Program-made: the position numbers and the translations under genes
Source: Syntrophales bacterium
GTDB lineage: Bacteria > Desulfobacterota > Syntrophia > Syntrophales > PHBD01
DNA length: 64,000 nt
NCBI GenBank assembly: GCA_963668175.1
Contig: OY764159.1
Location: forward strand, 3,776,001-3,840,000
Direction of reading: 5' to 3'
Notes under the pieces: model-generated
The model's input: the letters and a program-made list of their open reading frames with translations, nothing else
What the model was told of the DNA's origin: nothing
Databases searched by the model: none
In this document: positions 59,510 through 64,000 of the stretch, piece after piece
Layout: each line of letters opens with the position of its first letter
How positions within the stretch are numbered: position 1 is the first letter of the stretch

Positions 59510-60476
59510 GATGGGGGATCTCCTTTGCGCCTCTTTCAACCTGGAAGAGGCCTACGGCGTCATCGGACAGGAGATGCCCCGCCTTTTTCCCGCCGGCGCC
59601 TGTTATCGCTTCGACCATGCAAGGAATCTCCTTGATGCCGCCGTGTCATGGGGCGACGGGCCTCTGGAAACCGTATTCGCACGAGACGATTGCTTCGCCG
59701 TCCGCAGAAGCCGGCCCCATCTTGTTGTCGGCACGGATGAAGGAATCCCCTGCCCCCATATCTCCCGCAGGATGCAAGACCGGGCTTCCATCTGCGTACC
59801 CATGAACGTCCATGGCGTATTCATGGGCCTTATGCACATCCTGTTCCCTTACCCCTTAAGCGCAAGCAACCGTCTGGAAAAAGAAAAACTGGGAGCCGAC
59901 GAGCAACTCGCCCTCATCGCAACACGGCAAATAAGCCTGGCCCTGCGGAACATCCAACTTCGCGAAGAACTGAGCAATCTATCGACCATCGATGCCTTGA
60001 CAGGGCTGATCAACCGCGGCCATCTGGAGGAAAAATTGAACCGGGAGTTGAAGAAGGCCCAGCGGGAGGAAAAACCCCTCAGCATCGTCTTTATCGATAT
60101 CGACCATCTCGGTCAATTCAATCGCATGCACGGCCTGGAAGCAGGAGAAAGAGTGATTCAGGACCTGGGACACTTTCTGGGCGAGCAAATCAGGGAAACG
60201 GAGATCGCGTGCCGCTGGGGGGCCGATGAATTCGCGCTGATCCTACCCGGGTCAACGCTTGCCGCAACGCAAAGGCGTGCCGAGAACCTCAGGGAATTGC
60301 TGAAAGATCACGCCGCCTATGACGATCACAAACAGATGAGGCGTGTCACGCTTTCCATCGGAGTGGCGTCGCTCCCGGATCATGGAGAAACGGCGGGCGA
60401 CCTTCTTCAATCCGCCAGATCCGCAGTAAAAAGGGCCAAAAGCGAGGGACGCGATCGGGTCCGTATTGCCGATTGA
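59472..60476 (+). CDS. GAF plus GGDEF-domain protein with degenerate GADEF motif
   Basis: DALTGL.NR, FIDIDH, CRWGADEF, T.SIGVA, AK..GRDR; start 59472 or 59511. Confidence 0.88.
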   Translation: MAVTKRKIKNVIKMGDLLCASFNLEEAYGVIGQEMPRLFPAGACYRFDHARNLLDAAVSWGDGPLETVFARDDCFAVRRSRPHLVVGTDEGIPCPHISRRMQDRASICVPMNVHGVFMGLMHILFPYPLSASNRLEKEKLGADEQLALIATRQISLALRNIQLREELSNLSTIDALTGLINRGHLEEKLNRELKKAQREEKPLSIVFIDIDHLGQFNRMHGLEAGERVIQDLGHFLGEQIRETEIACRWGADEFALILPGSTLAATQRRAENLRELLKDHAAYDDHKQMRRVTLSIGVASLPDHGETAGDLLQSARSAVKRAKSEGRDRVRIAD

Positions 60477-60734
60477 CGAGGAAACATGGCGGCATGTCGG
60501 GACACAAAACCGCAGCCAGCGCTCCCTCGAATAGGTCATCATTTCAATCCATCGACAAATCCCGGTTCACCGGAATCCAATCGTCCGGCGCACCCGCTAT
60601 TTCCGGTCGAGCCGGACCCCATCCGTAAAAAACGTAGGACAGGATTCTGCTTCGCATGTGTTACCCGCCCAATACCTCGCTGTTCTTAGCACTTGCGTGC
60701 ATGACCACAAACTCCGAGCGAGCGTAAACTCGTA

Positions 60735-60750
60735 TGGCATAAACTTTGCT
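60735..60750 (+). promoter_or_regulatory. sigma54 (RpoN) -24/-12 promoter
   Basis: TGGCATAAACTTTGCT, GG-N10-GC with canonical flanks, upstream of the MCP gene. Confidence 0.65.
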
Positions 60751-61055
60751 GCCTACATAATGCTTTCCCGGATTGGCTGGTTCTCGTGTTCTGCTGATAT
60801 TCTGTAATAACGCCTCTATAACCCTCTCTCTTTCCGATGATACGCAACCGGATTGCCTGCCTCGTCGCGAATTCCTCCGGCAGGTGAAGCAAATATGTCA
60901 TGAGTGCGGGAGCAAGATACAACGCATTATTCCGAAACACGGAATCGGCAAGGCATCATGAAGCAAAGACCGGCGCAAAAATCATGAAGTGACTTAAAAC
61001 CCGGGGAATTGCCGGTGTATTGGACTTAAGAGTAATCGGACAGGAAGGAGAAATT

Positions 61056-62606
61056 ATGCTCAAGAAGATGAAATTAGGAACAAAAATAACGGGCGGTTTT
61101 ATCGTCATCATGGTGATCACGGCTTCCATCGCCTATGTCGGCTGGGACAGCCTGCAAGTCGTCACCGACCGGTTCTTCAAAGTGGATGACCTGGACTGCA
61201 TCACCAAATGCATCCTGCAGGCAAGGCGACACGAAAAGAATTTCATCATCCGCAATGACAAGCAATATATTGAAGAGGTCAATCAAGCGGTCGGGAAGCT
61301 GAAGACAACGGCCAACAATCTCAAGACGAAGCTCAAAGACCCGGCGAATGTCCGTCAGATGGATGCAGTTCTCGCCGCCGCCGCTTCCTATGAAAAGACG
61401 TTCGCGGACATGGTCTCTTTTCTGGGCAAACCGGGTATCACAACTGCCGAAAAGGATGAGAAGCTGAAAGCCTTCGACAGTCAGCTGCGCGACGCCGGCC
61501 GGGCCGTGGAAAAGGAATGTACTGAAGCCAAGAACGGCCACTTCGAACGCCTCAAATCCCAGATCGCCGGCGCCAATGCGTACATCGTCGGCGGAACCAT
61601 CGCCGCCATCGTGCTGGGACTTATTTTCGCCGTCGTCATGACCCGGATGATCACCAAGCCCATCCACCTCGTCATCGAAGGTCTGAATAATGGGGCCGAT
61701 CAAGTAACGGCGGCATCGACGGACGTGGCGACGTCAAGCCAGTCTCTCGCGGAAGGAGCCAGCGAACAGGCGGCGGCCATCCAGGAAACGTCCGCCTCCC
61801 TTGAAGAGCTTTCGTCCATGACCCGCAGGAACGCCGACAATGCCGCCCAAACAAGGGTCATGATGAAGGAGGCAAAGGAGGTTGTCGAAAAAGCAAGCTC
61901 CGAGCTGAATCAGATGATTATCGCCGTCGAAGACATCGCCAAGACAAGCGAACAGATTGAAAAGATTATAAAAACGATAGACGAGATCGCATTCCAGACC
62001 AACCTTCTGGCGCTCAACGCCGCTGTAGAAGCGGCGCGGGCGGGCGAAGCCGGGGCAGGATTTTCCGTCGTGGCCGAAGAAGTGAGAAACCTAGCCATCA
62101 GGGCCGCCGAGGCGGCGAAAAGCACCAATACGTTAATCGAGAATTCCATCAAGTCGGTGAAGCGCGGCAGCGAACTGACGTCTTCCACTCAGGACGCCTT
62201 TACGGCCAACAAGGACATCTCCATGAAGATCGCCAACCTGATCGACGAAATAGATACCGCCTCACAGGAACAGGCCAAGGGAATCGAGCAGATCAACAAA
62301 GCGGTCGTGGAAATGGATACGGTGATACAGAGAAATGCGTCCAGCGCCCAGGAAGCGGCGGCAGCCTCGGAAGAGTTGAATGCCCAGGCGGTAGAAACGA
62401 AGACCCATGTACAGAACCTGATGGCGGTTATCGGCATGTCGCAGGCCGACAATCGCAGCAACGGGGAAAAGGCGGTGAATCTGCACGCAGGCCAGGCTCA
62501 CGGCATTATGAAACCCACCGGGAAAAAGGGGAAATCAACGAACAAGGCTTTTCACCCGTCTCAGAGACTTTTGAGCCGGGATACTGAGGCTGCGCACGAT
62601 TTTTAA
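61056..62606 (+). CDS. methyl-accepting chemotaxis protein
   Basis: Two TM helices flanking a helical sensor; [48 protein letters not shown]. Confidence 0.95.
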   Translation: MLKKMKLGTKITGGFIVIMVITASIAYVGWDSLQVVTDRFFKVDDLDCITKCILQARRHEKNFIIRNDKQYIEEVNQAVGKLKTTANNLKTKLKDPANVRQMDAVLAAAASYEKTFADMVSFLGKPGITTAEKDEKLKAFDSQLRDAGRAVEKECTEAKNGHFERLKSQIAGANAYIVGGTIAAIVLGLIFAVVMTRMITKPIHLVIEGLNNGADQVTAASTDVATSSQSLAEGASEQAAAIQETSASLEELSSMTRRNADNAAQTRVMMKEAKEVVEKASSELNQMIIAVEDIAKTSEQIEKIIKTIDEIAFQTNLLALNAAVEAARAGEAGAGFSVVAEEVRNLAIRAAEAAKSTNTLIENSIKSVKRGSELTSSTQDAFTANKDISMKIANLIDEIDTASQEQAKGIEQINKAVVEMDTVIQRNASSAQEAAAASEELNAQAVETKTHVQNLMAVIGMSQADNRSNGEKAVNLHAGQAHGIMKPTGKKGKSTNKAFHPSQRLLSRDTEAAHDF

Positions 62607-62629
62607 GTGCTTCAATTAAGGAAGTCTGT

Positions 62630-64000
62630 ATGCTAAAAACGATTTCATCCTGGTCCATAAGGGTCCATCTGATCATTCTGGTCATCGTGGCCATCCTGCC
62701 GGCCCTGGCGATCATCGTCTTCACGGGGATGGAGCGCAGGCAGGCGGCTATTGAGGACGCCAAACGCGCCATCAGGCAGTTAACCCTGGGCGTGGCAATC
62801 CAGCAGGAACAACTGACCAACAGCACCCGCCAGTTGCTCATGACGCTCGCCCAGGTTCCGGCGGTGCGGGTGCGGGACGTTCGCGCCTGCAATCAATTTC
62901 TGAAGGTTCTTTTAAAACAGAACCCGTGTTATGCGGCAATCAGCATTGCAACCCCCAACGGAAAGGTCTTTGCCAGCGCTCCCAGTATACAGCCGTTCAG
63001 TATCGCCGGACGGAAGTATTTTAAGGATGTATTGACCAGGAAGGAGTTTTCCGTCGGCGAATACGTCCTCAGCCACTCCGCTGGCCGCCCCGTTTTGCAT
63101 TTCGCCTACCCCGTTTTGGACGAAGGCAATCGTCTGATCGGCATTATCATGGCGGCGTTCGACCTCTCTTATTATAAGCAATCCTTTGCGACGGCCAAAC
63201 TCCCCGAAGGATCGGCGCTGGCACTGACGGACAGCGGCGGCGTCCGTCTCTACCGTCACCCCGATTTCGAAAAATACGCCGGCTTGAAGGATCTCCCCGA
63301 AATGATCACGCGAATGACCTCCGGAGAGCGGGAGGGAAGCTTTTTCGCCCCCGGTGTCGACGGCAAGAGGCGCCTCTACGGTTTCAAGCGTATGTATCTG
63401 ACGAAGGGCGCAGAACCCGATCTCTTCATCCGCGTCGGCGTGCCGGAAGCCGTCGTCCTGTCTGAAGCCAATCGCAACATCACAAGAAATATCGGAATTT
63501 TAGGATTGGCCGCGCTGTTGGCCACGTTCCTGGCCTATACGATAGGCAACTATCTCATTGCCCGTCCCCTGAATCTGATGGTGAAGGCATCAAAAAGGAT
63601 TGGGCGGGGCGATCTTACGACCCGTACGGAATTGTCGCATGGCTATAATGAAGTCGGCCAGTTGGCCGGATCGCTCGACGAGATGGCGTCTATGCTGGCA
63701 TATCGCGAGTCCGAACGGAAATGGGCGGAGTCCAGGATCGAACAGTTGAGGTTGGAAAGGGAACAAATCCTGAATTCGGCGGGGGAAGGGATTATCGGAC
63801 TAAATGCCGACGGCGAACATATCTTCGTCAACCCTGTAGCGGCAAAGATGATGGGCTACGACATCGCGGAACTTATCGGCCGGAAGAGCCATTCCATCCA
63901 TCATCATACGCGGACGGACGGCAGCGATTACCCGGAAAGCGAATGCCCTATCTATAGCTCCTACCGGGAAGGAAAGATATTCCAGGCATCCGATGAAATT
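62630..64000 (+). CDS. membrane sensor protein (Cache-HAMP-PAS), truncated by the window end
   Basis: Open frame from ATG 62630 (MLKTISSWSIRVHLIILVIVAILPALAIIVF); RKYF Cache motif, second TM, HAMP (RPL ... EVGQLA), PAS (ILNSAGEGIIGL..G..IFVN); not in the ORF track because no stop is seen. Confidence 0.85.
   Translation, partial: MLKTISSWSIRVHLIILVIVAILPALAIIVFTGMERRQAAIEDAKRAIRQLTLGVAIQQEQLTNSTRQLLMTLAQVPAVRVRDVRACNQFLKVLLKQNPCYAAISIATPNGKVFASAPSIQPFSIAGRKYFKDVLTRKEFSVGEYVLSHSAGRPVLHFAYPVLDEGNRLIGIIMAAFDLSYYKQSFATAKLPEGSALALTDSGGVRLYRHPDFEKYAGLKDLPEMITRMTSGEREGSFFAPGVDGKRRLYGFKRMYLTKGAEPDLFIRVGVPEAVVLSEANRNITRNIGILGLAALLATFLAYTIGNYLIARPLNLMVKASKRIGRGDLTTRTELSHGYNEVGQLAGSLDEMASMLAYRESERKWAESRIEQLRLEREQILNSAGEGIIGLNADGEHIFVNPVAAKMMGYDIAELIGRKSHSIHHHTRTDGSDYPESECPIYSSYREGKIFQASDEI

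Noticed and set aside
1..64000. CRISPR arrays, rRNA/tRNA genes, transposases, integrases, prophage or defence islands
   Set aside because: No regularly spaced repeats, cloverleaf or rRNA signatures, or matching protein motifs seen by eye; a short ncRNA could have been missed

Overview
A GC-rich bacterial chromosomal window. Gene content (liv transporter, butyryl-CoA:acetate-type CoA-transferase, class III PHA synthase, 2-oxoacid:ferredoxin oxidoreductase, multi-PAS kinases, sigma54 promoter) suggests an anaerobic Desulfobacterota/Syntrophales-like organism; this is inference only. It holds about 60 CDSs and no recognisable rRNA, tRNA, CRISPR array or transposase. Housekeeping blocks: dacB-polX-dciA-like, mtaB-rnc-radical SAM-era-der, livKHMGF and an ABC-F. 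Most notable: (1) a probable selenoprotein missed by the ORF track, a CoA-disulfide reductase/NADH oxidase-family flavoprotein (49585-50919) with an in-frame UGA at the redox-active Cys position and a SECIS-like hairpin. It lies in an apparent operon with a C-GCAxxG-C-C redox protein, a small CC-motif protein and a 4-hydroxybutyryl-CoA dehydratase homologue with altered catalytic residues. (2) A PHA island (phaE-phaC-GAF-only gene-phaJ, phaR) with four tandem paralogous phasin-like genes and a PhaR-box next to their promoter. (3) A 2-oxoacid oxidoreductase whose delta subunit carries an inserted GltD/NfnB-like flavin module. (4) A metallophosphoesterase with a degenerate nucleotidyltransferase-like C-terminal domain, overlapping a degenerate GGDEF gene. 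(5) A MITE-like element, two unannotated small ORFs and a terminator/antiterminator-like switch. All functional calls come from motif recognition by eye; no searches were run.
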